Virus record (IMG/VR): IMGVR_UViG_3300011440_000050
Coordinates: 1 to 27,530 of that record
Source of the DNA: a virus
Taxonomy: Duplodnaviria > Caudoviricetes
Strand: one strand, 5' to 3'
DNA length: 27,530 nt
Below the pieces are notes generated by a model. It did no database searches and was not told the origin of the DNA. It was given only the letters and a program-made list of their open reading frames with translations. Shown in pieces: positions 9,338 through 17,212 of this stretch; within the stretch, counting starts at the first letter, position 1; each line of letters begins with the position of its first letter. Both the position numbers and the translations under genes were made by a program.

Positions 9338-9519
9338 TGCGCTACTACGTATACGAAGTGCTTATCTACGTTCTGTCTATAGCTGCGATGGCTTCAGGCG
9401 TGAGTTTCATCATGGCCGTGATATCCGGGCGCGCATGGTGGGCCATGCTCTCTGCGCTCGCGTCGCTGCTGATCGCCTTTGCCATTCTGGAAGCAGACCA
9501 GAGAGCGAGCTTCTCGTGA
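9337..9519 (+). CDS. small membrane protein (2 TM)
   Basis: TAATG overlap; MRYYVYEVLIYVLSIAAM... two hydrophobic stretches. Confidence 0.65.
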   Translation: MRYYVYEVLIYVLSIAAMASGVSFIMAVISGRAWWAMLSALASLLIAFAILEADQRASFS

Positions 9520-9791
9520 CGTGGTTGTTGACATGGTACTGCGCGTGTCTTCTCTGCTGCGGGAAGACAGACGGTATCACCGCAGCGGGCACACGCGCGA
9601 AGGCTAACTGGACGATCGCGTGCCCCCGCTCTCTCCCGCTCGGGACGCTGCTGGAAATCGACGGCGAGTGGCGCATGTGCCTCGATAGAGGGGGCGCCAT
9701 ACGAGGCAAACGGCTGGACGTGTTCGTCAACTCGCACAAAGAAGCGCTGAAGCTCGGCACACGACGCGCGGTAGTGGAGGTGGTGCGATGA
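9516..9791 (+). CDS. 3D-domain (MltA-like) peptidoglycan lytic protein
   Basis: TWYC...TDGITAAG...LPLGT...DRGGAIRGKRLDVF...EALKLG pattern; GTGA overlap start. Confidence 0.85.
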   Translation: MTWLLTWYCACLLCCGKTDGITAAGTRAKANWTIACPRSLPLGTLLEIDGEWRMCLDRGGAIRGKRLDVFVNSHKEALKLGTRRAVVEVVR

Positions 9792-10009
9792 CTCACTGCC
9801 CTTCAGGACGCGGATTGAGGCGGACACGCTGCGCCGATTGCCGGCGCGCTGCGGCCCGTGTCCGCATGCGTAGGCTTCGTGCGCGCGGTGGATCGGCTAA
9901 GTGCGCAACGCTCGTGCGGTGGGGTCCGAGAGCGGAAGCGGAGTCGGCTCACCGCCCTTGCCACATGTGCGGCCGACCCCCTGTCTTCGATCAAGTGTGC
10001 TGTGCATGA
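9788..10009 (+). CDS. small basic Cys-rich protein
   Basis: ATGA-coupled at both ends; HCPSG...RCADCRR and CHMC motifs. Confidence 0.6.
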   Translation: MTHCPSGRGLRRTRCADCRRAAARVRMRRLRARGGSAKCATLVRWGPRAEAESAHRPCHMCGRPPVFDQVCCA

Positions 10010-11550
10010 CACCACGTTCGCTTGGCCTAGCGTTCGACGACTGGCGACCGAAGCAACTCGACGCCGTGTTTGAGATTGCCTCACACATGCCCGGGCTCGT
10101 CGCGCACTCGGGGCCGACAGGATCCGGGAAGAGCCTCACTGCGCTCGGCGCGGCAACCCTGCGCGGTGGCCGCTTCGCCTACCTTACTGCGACGAAGGGC
10201 TTGCAGGATCAGATACGAGCGGACTTCCCTCACGTCGTGGACATGCGCGGGCAAGCAAACTACCTGTGCGACCTTGAGAAGCCCGCAAAGGTCACGAGTG
10301 ATCAGGCGGTATGTCGCTTCGGTGTGCAGTGCGCGCTTAAAGGCTCTGGCTGTGCGTACTTCGCCGCGTACCGCAACGCATCAGCTAACAGCATGACGAC
10401 GAACTACGCGTGCTGGCTAAATGCATACGAGCATGGCCTAGGATTCGGAGCGTTCGACACGCTCATCCTTGATGAAGCACATGCGGTGCCTGAAGAGCTG
10501 TCGCGCTTCTACACTGCGGAAATTCCCGACTGGGCGTTCGCCGCATACTTGACCCGCGAAGCTGGCGTGCAGCTACGAGCCGGCGAGCTGGGTCGGGGCC
10601 TTCGCCCCGCGCTTGAAGAGACGAGCCGGGTGCTCAAGCAAAAGCAAGTCGATACGCTTGCAGAAATGACGAAGCGTGGCCGGCAGCGCAGCATACTGCG
10701 CCGCTTGAAGGAGATAGACTCTCTCCTCAACACCGTGGCCCGCATGGCCGTCATATGCGTCGATCCTCAGAATTGGGTGCTGCAACCCGGGACTGCATAC
10801 GAGCCTCTCCGCATTGTGCCCGTGCGGCCCTCGGCGCAGGCTCTCCTGCGGAACATTCCGGGTGTGCTGCTCTCCTCCGCGACACTCACACAGAAGACGC
10901 TCGACCTAATCGGCCTGGGGGCCGTGCACTGGACAAGCGCTGTGCCCGCATACGATCGAAAGCAGCGGCCAATCTACCTGATCCCTACTGCGAAGATGCG
11001 CTACGGGATGCCCGAGTCAGAGCGCGCGGTGCTCTTCACGCGACTCGATCAGGCTATACAAGCGCGGAAGGCTCTCAAAGGTGTCATTCACACAGGCAGC
11101 TACACGCTTGCGAAAGAGATCGCCGAGCGCAGCAAGCACCGGGCGTACTTCATCACACATGAGCGGGCAAACGCCGCAGCTCGCATACGACAGTTCAAAG
11201 ACATGAAGGGGCCAGCTATCCTCGTAAGTCCCGCAGTCACAACAGGTTGGAACTTTCCCGGCAAGGAGTGCGAATGGCAGATCATCGCGAAAGTGTCCTG
11301 GCCGAACCCGAACGATCCGGTGATTGCCGCGCGCACGAAGCTCGACGCGAACTATCCGGGCCACCTCGCGATGCAATCCCTCGTGCAAGCATGCGGACGC
11401 GGCAACCGCTTGCCCACGGATTACTGCGAGACGCTCGTGTTCGATGACACCGCCGAGCGACTGCTGCGACGATTCCGCGGATACGCGCCGGACTGGTTCC
11501 ACGAAGCAGTTGAACGTCGCGCGGCTCTGCCCGCGCCGAGGAGGAGGTAA
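10006..11550 (+). CDS. DinG/XPD-family SF2 helicase with Fe-S cluster motif
   Basis: Q motif WRPKQ, GPTGSGKS, TATKGLQDQ, GQANYLC plus three more Cys, DEAH, SAT, QACGRGNR; start at ATGA overlap 10006. Confidence 0.92.
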   Translation: MTPRSLGLAFDDWRPKQLDAVFEIASHMPGLVAHSGPTGSGKSLTALGAATLRGGRFAYLTATKGLQDQIRADFPHVVDMRGQANYLCDLEKPAKVTSDQAVCRFGVQCALKGSGCAYFAAYRNASANSMTTNYACWLNAYEHGLGFGAFDTLILDEAHAVPEELSRFYTAEIPDWAFAAYLTREAGVQLRAGELGRGLRPALEETSRVLKQKQVDTLAEMTKRGRQRSILRRLKEIDSLLNTVARMAVICVDPQNWVLQPGTAYEPLRIVPVRPSAQALLRNIPGVLLSSATLTQKTLDLIGLGAVHWTSAVPAYDRKQRPIYLIPTAKMRYGMPESERAVLFTRLDQAIQARKALKGVIHTGSYTLAKEIAERSKHRAYFITHERANAAARIRQFKDMKGPAILVSPAVTTGWNFPGKECEWQIIAKVSWPNPNDPVIAARTKLDANYPGHLAMQSLVQACGRGNRLPTDYCETLVFDDTAERLLRRFRGYAPDWFHEAVERRAALPAPRRR

Positions 11551-11554
11551 GCCC

Positions 11555-12160
11555 GTGGTCTACTACGACGCCTGGACCGGCATGATGGTCCCGGAGGAGT
11601 GGGAGCGAGACAGACTACGTAAAGGAGAGCAAATGAGGGAGTACGATAAGACGGAGCGGACGATACGGACGATGTTGTACACTGCCGTCATCGCGACCCT
11701 CATCGCGCTGCTGATCAGTTGCGCGTCCCCCACTGCGGCCGAGGAGTACGAAACGCTGTCCCCCTCGGGACAGTTCGCGTTGCGTGACGGGGACTGGGGG
11801 CTGCCCACCAACGAGCAGCGCATCTTCGCGGACTCTCGCTGGCTTGAAGTCCAGGAGTGTGTCGGCTTGAAGCACACACCGTCTCGCTTCCCTGTCATCC
11901 TCCGGAAAAACCTGGGGGGGCCCCTCATCGCCTACTTCGCCTCCGGGGGCATCTACGTCGGTGGCCTCTACCACCCGCGCACATCGATCGAAGTGCTCGG
12001 CGATCTTGAATTCAAACAGTCGTGGAAGCACGAGATGATGCACCTGCTGCTTGACGTGAAGACGGGCGACCCTGACGTGAAGCATACGCGCGGCGGGCTT
12101 GTCGAGTATGCGCCGGGACACTCGCAGGGGGCGGACTGGCTTCGGTGCTCAGCATGGTGA
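11555..12160 (+). CDS. membrane/lipoprotein with HExxH zinc-metallopeptidase motif
   Basis: GAGGAGG RBS before GTG 11555 (alternative ATG 11633 with AAAGGAG); hydrophobic segment ending LISC; KHEMMH. Confidence 0.6.
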   Translation: MVYYDAWTGMMVPEEWERDRLRKGEQMREYDKTERTIRTMLYTAVIATLIALLISCASPTAAEEYETLSPSGQFALRDGDWGLPTNEQRIFADSRWLEVQECVGLKHTPSRFPVILRKNLGGPLIAYFASGGIYVGGLYHPRTSIEVLGDLEFKQSWKHEMMHLLLDVKTGDPDVKHTRGGLVEYAPGHSQGADWLRCSAW

Positions 12161-12663
12161 AGACCATCGCTGCTGCACTCTGTTTCTCGCTGATTGCGGC
12201 TCAGGCAATCGGCTCGAAGCGCGATCCGTACGAAGTGACGGTGTACCCGCGCATGGGCCTGCCGCCGCTCGGCGATCAGGTGCAGAACTACCACATCACG
12301 CTTCGCCTGAACGAGCCACTTACGGAAGCGAACTACTGCATCGGCGTCGAAGTGACGTGGCCGGACGGCACGCGCTCATCGCATGTGCAGGACTGCCCGC
12401 CCTTCGCCGAGTACATCGCGCAGGTGAGACGCTACACGGAATGCCGCGAGCAGGTCATCGTCTGCCCGAAGGACTACACCGTATGCGAGTTCGACTGTCC
12501 CGCGCCCTTCGATCTACAGCGCGAGTGGACGTTCGATACGAGGCGTATGAGGCACGCCTACGGCCCGGGACGTCACACGGTCTTCGTGAAGTTTCTACTG
12601 CCGGGCGGCAGAACGATGCTGCGCTCAGCGGACTGGCATGTTGCAGGTGAGGAGGAACGATGA
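12154..12663 (+). CDS. secreted Cys-containing hypothetical protein
   Basis: Signal-peptide-like KTIAAALCFSLIAAQA; start ATG 12154 or GTG 12157 overlapping upstream stop. Confidence 0.7.
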   Translation: MVKTIAAALCFSLIAAQAIGSKRDPYEVTVYPRMGLPPLGDQVQNYHITLRLNEPLTEANYCIGVEVTWPDGTRSSHVQDCPPFAEYIAQVRRYTECREQVIVCPKDYTVCEFDCPAPFDLQREWTFDTRRMRHAYGPGRHTVFVKFLLPGGRTMLRSADWHVAGEEER

Positions 12664-13232
12664 TCGACTTTCAAGAGATTGAAGCTAGCTACTCTCCGGC
12701 GGGATCGCTCGGCCAACGCTGCATCGAGATCTTCGGCCACGCGGTGAACGGCGTAAGACGGCTGAATGTCGGCTGTGGCGGACAGAAGTTCCCCGGCTGG
12801 ATCAACGCCGACAAGGAGCTGCCATGGCTCATCGCGGAGGGCCGGGAGCAAGAACCGGATGTGCTGTGGGACATGGACTACTACCACGAGATACCACTTC
12901 CCCTTGAGTCCTTTGACGTGATACTCGCCTCGCATGTGCTGGAGCACGTCGCCGATCCTGTCGCCGTCGTCTTCCGGCTGCACACGTTACTGAAGCCGGG
13001 CGGGCGCCTTCTCGTGCTCGTGCCGAACGCTTGGTCCGACGTGGGCCTCTGTAACCCCTTCCACCGCAACTACTTCTCCATGCACTCGTTCGTCTACTAC
13101 CGCAAGAGCACGTATGACCAGCCGGGAACGCCAGGCTATCACGCGAACGAGGGGCGCCCGATCGCGGACTGGGCGAGCGTCCAGGTGGCGATGGTGGACG
13201 AGTACGAGATCGCCGCGGTGTTAACGAAATGA
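12660..13232 (+). CDS. class I SAM-dependent methyltransferase (type 11-like)
   Basis: LNVGCG, FDVILASHVLEHV, LLKPGG, NPFH. Confidence 0.88.
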   Translation: MIDFQEIEASYSPAGSLGQRCIEIFGHAVNGVRRLNVGCGGQKFPGWINADKELPWLIAEGREQEPDVLWDMDYYHEIPLPLESFDVILASHVLEHVADPVAVVFRLHTLLKPGGRLLVLVPNAWSDVGLCNPFHRNYFSMHSFVYYRKSTYDQPGTPGYHANEGRPIADWASVQVAMVDEYEIAAVLTK

Positions 13233-13762
13233 GCGAACTCCTGATCGGTGCCGGCTCCTGTCGTGAGAAACTGATCGGCGTTCGCGACGGGCTCGTCTAC
13301 ATCTACCCGAGCGAGAACATGCCGCCGTGGCTACGCCTCACCACACTCGACAACAACGCCGACCACGCTCCGGATGTGCTCGCCGATCTGCGCGAGGCGC
13401 TCCCCTTCTCCGATGAGTGCTTCGACGAAATCCACGCCTACGAAGTGCTGGAGCATGTCGGGCAGCAGGGCGACTACATCGAGTTCTTCCGACTCTTCGG
13501 CGAGCTATGGCGCATACTCAAGCCGGGCGGACTCCTCCTCGCGAAGTGCCCGAGCTGGCGGGGCATGTGGGCCTGGGGCGACCCCTCGCATACGCGGGTG
13601 ATCTCGTCGGGCACACTGACCTTCCTCGACCAGCGTGAGTACGAGAAGCAGGTGGGCAAGACTCCGATGAGCGACTTTCGTGGTATCTGGAAACGCTCAT
13701 TCGAGACGATGTTCACGCAGGAAGATGGAGACACGCACTACTTCATTCTGAGGAAAGCATGA
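13229..13762 (+). CDS. class I SAM-dependent methyltransferase (type 11-like)
   Basis: LLIGAG, FDEIHAYEVLEHV, WRILKPGG, AWGDPSHTR. Confidence 0.88.
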   Translation: MSELLIGAGSCREKLIGVRDGLVYIYPSENMPPWLRLTTLDNNADHAPDVLADLREALPFSDECFDEIHAYEVLEHVGQQGDYIEFFRLFGELWRILKPGGLLLAKCPSWRGMWAWGDPSHTRVISSGTLTFLDQREYEKQVGKTPMSDFRGIWKRSFETMFTQEDGDTHYFILRKA

Positions 13763-14601
13763 TTCAGCTTCAGCTCGAAACCATCGGCGGCATATGCAAC
13801 GCCGCGTGCCACTTCTGCCTCCTGCAAGATCGCAAGTACTACGCGAACCAGGGCGTGCCCACGGGCACGATGAGCATGGACCTGTACCGCAAGATCATCG
13901 ACGAGGCGGTGGGCATACCTGAAATCTCACGGCTGACGCTCACGGGGTTGAGTGAGACGCTCCTCGACAATCAGCTTGAGGAGCGGATCGCATACGCGCG
14001 CCAAAAGCAGGCATCGTCTGCAGCGTACGCCTCCATCTGGCCCATCGACATCTACACGAACGGGCTTGCGCTCCGTCCTGATCGCTTCGACTCGCTCAAG
14101 GCAGCGGGGCTGACCGGTCTCAGCGTGTCACTCAACGCCGTGCGACCCGAGCAGCACACCGCCATCATGGGAATTAGGGCTTACGAACACATATGCCGAA
14201 ATATCGACTACGCCATCATCACGGGTGGCGTACACGTCGAAGTGAAGGCCGTGGTGAACGGGGACGCCTTCACGACGAAGGACGCGGAGCAGTTCAACTC
14301 TCGCTGGCATCCGTATGCTGTGTGTGTCCATGAGGGCAATTGGGCCGGGGACAACCGCACCTTGCGGGCCTTCGACCCGAAGGAGCCCTGCCACCGTGCC
14401 ATCGGCCAGCTTTACGTGACCTGGGAGGGCCGGGTGGGCATGTGCTGCTTCGACCCGCTTGCCAAAGCGAACTTTGGAGACCTCCGCACGCAGAGCATCA
14501 AAGAGGTGTACAATGCGCAGAGGTACGCGGACTTCCGCCAGGACCACGCGGAGGGCCGGGCTGACGCGCACGCCGTATGCGCCAAATGCACGCGTATCTG
14601 A
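13759..14601 (+). CDS. radical SAM protein with SPASM/Twitch-like domain
   Basis: CNAACHFC (CX3CX2C), YTNG, C-terminal PC...YVTWEGRVGMCCFD...CAKC. Confidence 0.92.
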   Translation: MIQLQLETIGGICNAACHFCLLQDRKYYANQGVPTGTMSMDLYRKIIDEAVGIPEISRLTLTGLSETLLDNQLEERIAYARQKQASSAAYASIWPIDIYTNGLALRPDRFDSLKAAGLTGLSVSLNAVRPEQHTAIMGIRAYEHICRNIDYAIITGGVHVEVKAVVNGDAFTTKDAEQFNSRWHPYAVCVHEGNWAGDNRTLRAFDPKEPCHRAIGQLYVTWEGRVGMCCFDPLAKANFGDLRTQSIKEVYNAQRYADFRQDHAEGRADAHAVCAKCTRI

Positions 14602-14614
14602 GGAGGGTAGAGTC

Positions 14615-14722
14615 ATGCTTGAGCTGATCATGTTCCTTGTCACCATGGCCGTCCTACACATCTGGGGCTGGAAGGGGGCCCTCATCGCTGCATGGTGCGC
14701 AGCGCTCATTCTGCGGGACTGA
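14615..14722 (+). CDS. 35-aa hydrophobic peptide
   Basis: GAGGAGG RBS; MLELIMFLVTMAVLHIWGWKGALIAAWCAALILRD; ends just before terminator. Confidence 0.65.
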   Translation: MLELIMFLVTMAVLHIWGWKGALIAAWCAALILRD

Positions 14723-14729
14723 CGTACCG

Positions 14730-14757
14730 GCCCCCCTCCTCGGGGGGCTTTTTTTTT
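14730..14757 (+). terminator. intrinsic terminator
   Basis: GCCCCCC-tcctc-GGGGGGC stem followed by T9. Confidence 0.92.
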
Positions 14758-14775
14758 GTCTAACGCACTTTCCTC

Positions 14776-14804
14776 TTGACGCATTCGCATTTCCATGTTA
14801 CAAT
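14776..14804 (+). promoter_or_regulatory. sigma70 promoter upstream of putative ncRNA
   Basis: TTGACG (14776-14781), 17 nt spacer, TGt-TACAAT (14799-14804). Confidence 0.8.
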
Positions 14805-14810
14805 GGTTGC

Positions 14811-15043
14811 GTGAGGTGGGGACAACCCCCATCTGTCACGGGGTTTCACCGGGTTACTTGTGACCTTGCTCCTGTCCATACGGTAAGAGGCGGGCAGCAT
14901 GCAGCTTCGGGTTGGCGGTTCTTCCTCTTACCGGAGGACGGACAAGCACAACCCGTCTTGCATTCTGCAGTCGGCTAACGAGTAGCAATTAGTGGGGAGT
15001 GGGGGAGCTACAACCGATATGGAAACGCGGAACATGACACCAC
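14811..15043 (+). ncRNA. putative structured non-coding RNA of unrecognised family
   Basis: Own promoter; nested stems incl. perfect 10-bp CGGTAAGAGG/CCTCTTACCG within a ~106-nt rod (14850-14955), 5' hairpin, and long-range closing pairs. Confidence 0.6.
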
Positions 15044-15068
15044 AAAATAGCGTTAGGTGCGATTTCGC

Positions 15069-15098
15069 TTGACTTTGCGAATGCACATGTGGTACACT
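15069..15098 (+). promoter_or_regulatory. sigma70 promoter for replication cluster
   Basis: TTGACT (15069-15074), 18 nt spacer, TGg-TACACT (15093-15098). Confidence 0.7.
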
Positions 15099-15139
15099 GT
15101 ACCTATCATGAGCGCTGGACGCTCAGAGGAGGAAAGTAG

Positions 15140-15871
15140 ATGTCGCTCTTCAATCCTAAGAACGCGCGCGTCGGCGGCAAGCTCGTGGACAACGTCGATG
15201 CCGATGTGACGTTCGAGACGGTGCTGTACGACTATAACGGGACCGTCGCGGTTCCCGTCCCCGCGATTCACCTGCACGGCGTCGTCACTGCCTCGCAGGA
15301 TGAGTCGCTCCACGCCATCGGCTCGGAGTTCGACGAGTACTACTCCGCGGGCAAGGCCGAGGAGTTCGCGCCCACCGGGAAGTACTTCACGATCCGCAAG
15401 GAAGGCGCCCGCCTGTCCGATCAGAGCAAGGCCATGGCCTTGTTCGTCGCGCTGCAGAACTCGGGAATCCCTGAGGAGACGTTTGACGCTGAGGACGTGA
15501 CCCTGTTCAACGGCAACTACAGCTTGACCCGCAAGCGGGAGACGCGGGAGTTCAAGAACAGGGCCGGGCAGAAGGAGACGAAGGAGTCGTCCATCCTGCT
15601 TCCTACCGCCGTCAATGAAGGCGTCAAGAAGGTGAAGAACAACGCGAAGGCGTACAACGGTGCGGCCAAGGACCGTGCCACTTCGATCGTGTCCGCGATC
15701 ATCGCCGAGAAGGGCGTTGTCCCTTCTAGCCAGTTGGGCGCGATGGTCTTCAATAAGGTGTCGAAGGACAAGGACGCCCAGGCCATCGTCAAGGCGGCTA
15801 TCGATCAGTCGTTCCTGGCCGCGGGCCCCTGGCAGTTCGAGAACGGAGTGCTTTCGTCGACGAACACGTAA
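15140..15871 (+). CDS. hypothetical protein, possibly ssDNA-binding
   Basis: GAGGAGG RBS, first gene after promoter, beta-rich aromatic N-half; function inferred from position only. Confidence 0.6.
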   Translation: MSLFNPKNARVGGKLVDNVDADVTFETVLYDYNGTVAVPVPAIHLHGVVTASQDESLHAIGSEFDEYYSAGKAEEFAPTGKYFTIRKEGARLSDQSKAMALFVALQNSGIPEETFDAEDVTLFNGNYSLTRKRETREFKNRAGQKETKESSILLPTAVNEGVKKVKNNAKAYNGAAKDRATSIVSAIIAEKGVVPSSQLGAMVFNKVSKDKDAQAIVKAAIDQSFLAAGPWQFENGVLSSTNT

Positions 15872-15873
15872 CA

Positions 15874-15933
15874 GGCCGAAACGGCGGGTAACGTAACCGC
15901 CGTCCGCGTGTTAGGCACGCGCTGAAGAGGGCC
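15874..15933 (+). ncRNA. type II hammerhead ribozyme (copy 1)
   Basis: GGCC-GAAA, stem III ACGGCGG/CCGCCGT, GUC site (cut after 15904), stem I CGCGTG/CACGCG, CTGAAGA core, one extra G, then GGCC. Confidence 0.88.
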
Positions 15934-15935
15934 AA

Positions 15936-16211
15936 ATGTTGAAGTCGATGAAAACGCTGTGGTTGAAAGCTCTCCGTAGCGGAAAGTACAAACAGGGAAC
16001 GGGGACCTTGGAAACCACAGACGGTAAATACTGCTGTCTCGGAGTCCTCACGAAGATCGACGGGGGAGAGTGTGAGCACCACCACTACCTTGACCCGGAT
16101 AGAGCAAAACGATTGCGTCTGCCGGGGCAAGTACAGCAAGACCTTGCTCAGATGAATGACAGGCGGGTCTCGTTCAGGGCGATCGCCAACTACATCGAGA
16201 AGAACCTGTGA
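15936..16211 (+). CDS. conserved phage hypothetical protein
   Basis: WLKALRSGKYKQGTGTL...CCLGVL...ND...FRAIANYIE pattern recalled from many phage hypotheticals. Confidence 0.8.
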   Translation: MLKSMKTLWLKALRSGKYKQGTGTLETTDGKYCCLGVLTKIDGGECEHHHYLDPDRAKRLRLPGQVQQDLAQMNDRRVSFRAIANYIEKNL

Positions 16212-16663
16212 AGACGCTTAAGCCCGTAGAGAAACGAATCGAGTGGTTTGGTGTGCGTATAGAAGCCCTACGTGAACGTGCTGAAGCCGCCGAGGCCGAA
16301 GTGGGGCGGCTCCGAGCCAAGAACGTTGATCTGGGGGGTGGGCAAGGCTTCAGCGATCTGCTTGCCGACTACAACGACAGGCTCAACGACATCAAGGCTC
16401 TCCGGGCCAAGCTCGCGGCGGCACCGGAGGACCTGACGCGAAACGACGCCTACGAGCTTCAGGGCATCCTCCGAACGCTCACACCCTCCGGCACGGCCCT
16501 GAAGACTTCGGCGCGAGAGCTTGTGCGTAAGTGGGAGGAGCAGAATGCAAAGCTCGCGCTCGCGGACAAGGTCGTAGCGGCTGTGTGGAACAGCAAGGCG
16601 TGCGTGCGGCTGAAGTCTATCCGCGCCGCACTCGATGCCTACCGAAAGGGCGATGCAAAATGA
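16208..16663 (+). CDS. coiled-coil hypothetical protein (Ead/Ea22-like style)
   Basis: GTGA-coupled; RAEAAEAEVGRLRA heptads. Confidence 0.7.
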   Translation: MKTLKPVEKRIEWFGVRIEALRERAEAAEAEVGRLRAKNVDLGGGQGFSDLLADYNDRLNDIKALRAKLAAAPEDLTRNDAYELQGILRTLTPSGTALKTSARELVRKWEEQNAKLALADKVVAAVWNSKACVRLKSIRAALDAYRKGDAK

Positions 16664-17151
16664 GCAGCAGCAAACCGACACCGCAGGACATCGAGCGGGC
16701 GTGGAAGTACCTCAGCGGGCGCATCTGCGGCACACACGTTCATGGGAGCATTGAAGGGCTCGCCACCGAGTTCGCCGCCGTCAAGGAGGAGACGCAGCGG
16801 GAGCGGGATGTCTGGTGGGGCAAGACTCTCTGCCCCGATGTCTCTCCCGTGCAGCTTGATCCCGAAGTACACCGGGAGGCCGCCATCGCTACCGCCGAGT
16901 GCAACGAAGCCCGCGTCCGCCAGCTTGAGACCGACCTGGAGAATGCGCGAGAAGACCTCGCCATCATGCAAGCCGACCTTGAGCGAACCCAAAACGCCGA
17001 GGCCGAGGTGGAGCGGCTGCGCGCTGTCGTGGATGATCGGGATCTCAGAATCGTCTCGGCGAGGGGCCGGATCTGCGAAGCCGAAGCCGACCTCGCGGCC
17101 CTGAAGGAGCGGAACGAACGGTTGGTGGAAGTGGCGGCAGAAGACGCGTAG
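16660..17151 (+). CDS. coiled-coil hypothetical protein (Ead/Ea22-like style)
   Basis: ATGA-coupled start 16660; NAEAEVERLRA heptads; stop overlaps the first base of hammerhead 2. Confidence 0.7.
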   Translation: MSSSKPTPQDIERAWKYLSGRICGTHVHGSIEGLATEFAAVKEETQRERDVWWGKTLCPDVSPVQLDPEVHREAAIATAECNEARVRQLETDLENAREDLAIMQADLERTQNAEAEVERLRAVVDDRDLRIVSARGRICEAEADLAALKERNERLVEVAAEDA

Positions 17152-17210
17152 GCCGAAACGGCGGGGGTTTACCACTGCTGTCCGCGAGTCAGGCTCGCGC
17201 TGAGGAGGCC
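17151..17210 (+). ncRNA. type II hammerhead ribozyme (copy 2)
   Basis: GGCC-GAAA, stem III ACGGCGG/CTGCTGT, GUC site (cut after 17182), stem I CGCGAG/CTCGCG, CTGAGGA core, GGCC. Confidence 0.92.
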
Positions 17211-17212
17211 AG

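Noticed and set aside
14637-14978. 113-aa ORF from the track
   Set aside because: Runs through an intrinsic terminator and a promoter and has no RBS; only its last 55 codons remain a minor alternative
14811-15043. Assignment as tRNA, tmRNA, SRP, 6S or a riboswitch
   Set aside because: No T-loop/cloverleaf, no SRP helix-8 motif, multibranch rather than a single rod with central bubble, and no riboswitch consensus that I recognise
15874-17210. Repeat pair as CRISPR repeats, att sites or terminators
   Set aside because: Only two imperfect copies 1.3 kb apart with no U-tract; differences preserve RNA pairing, which fits hammerheads
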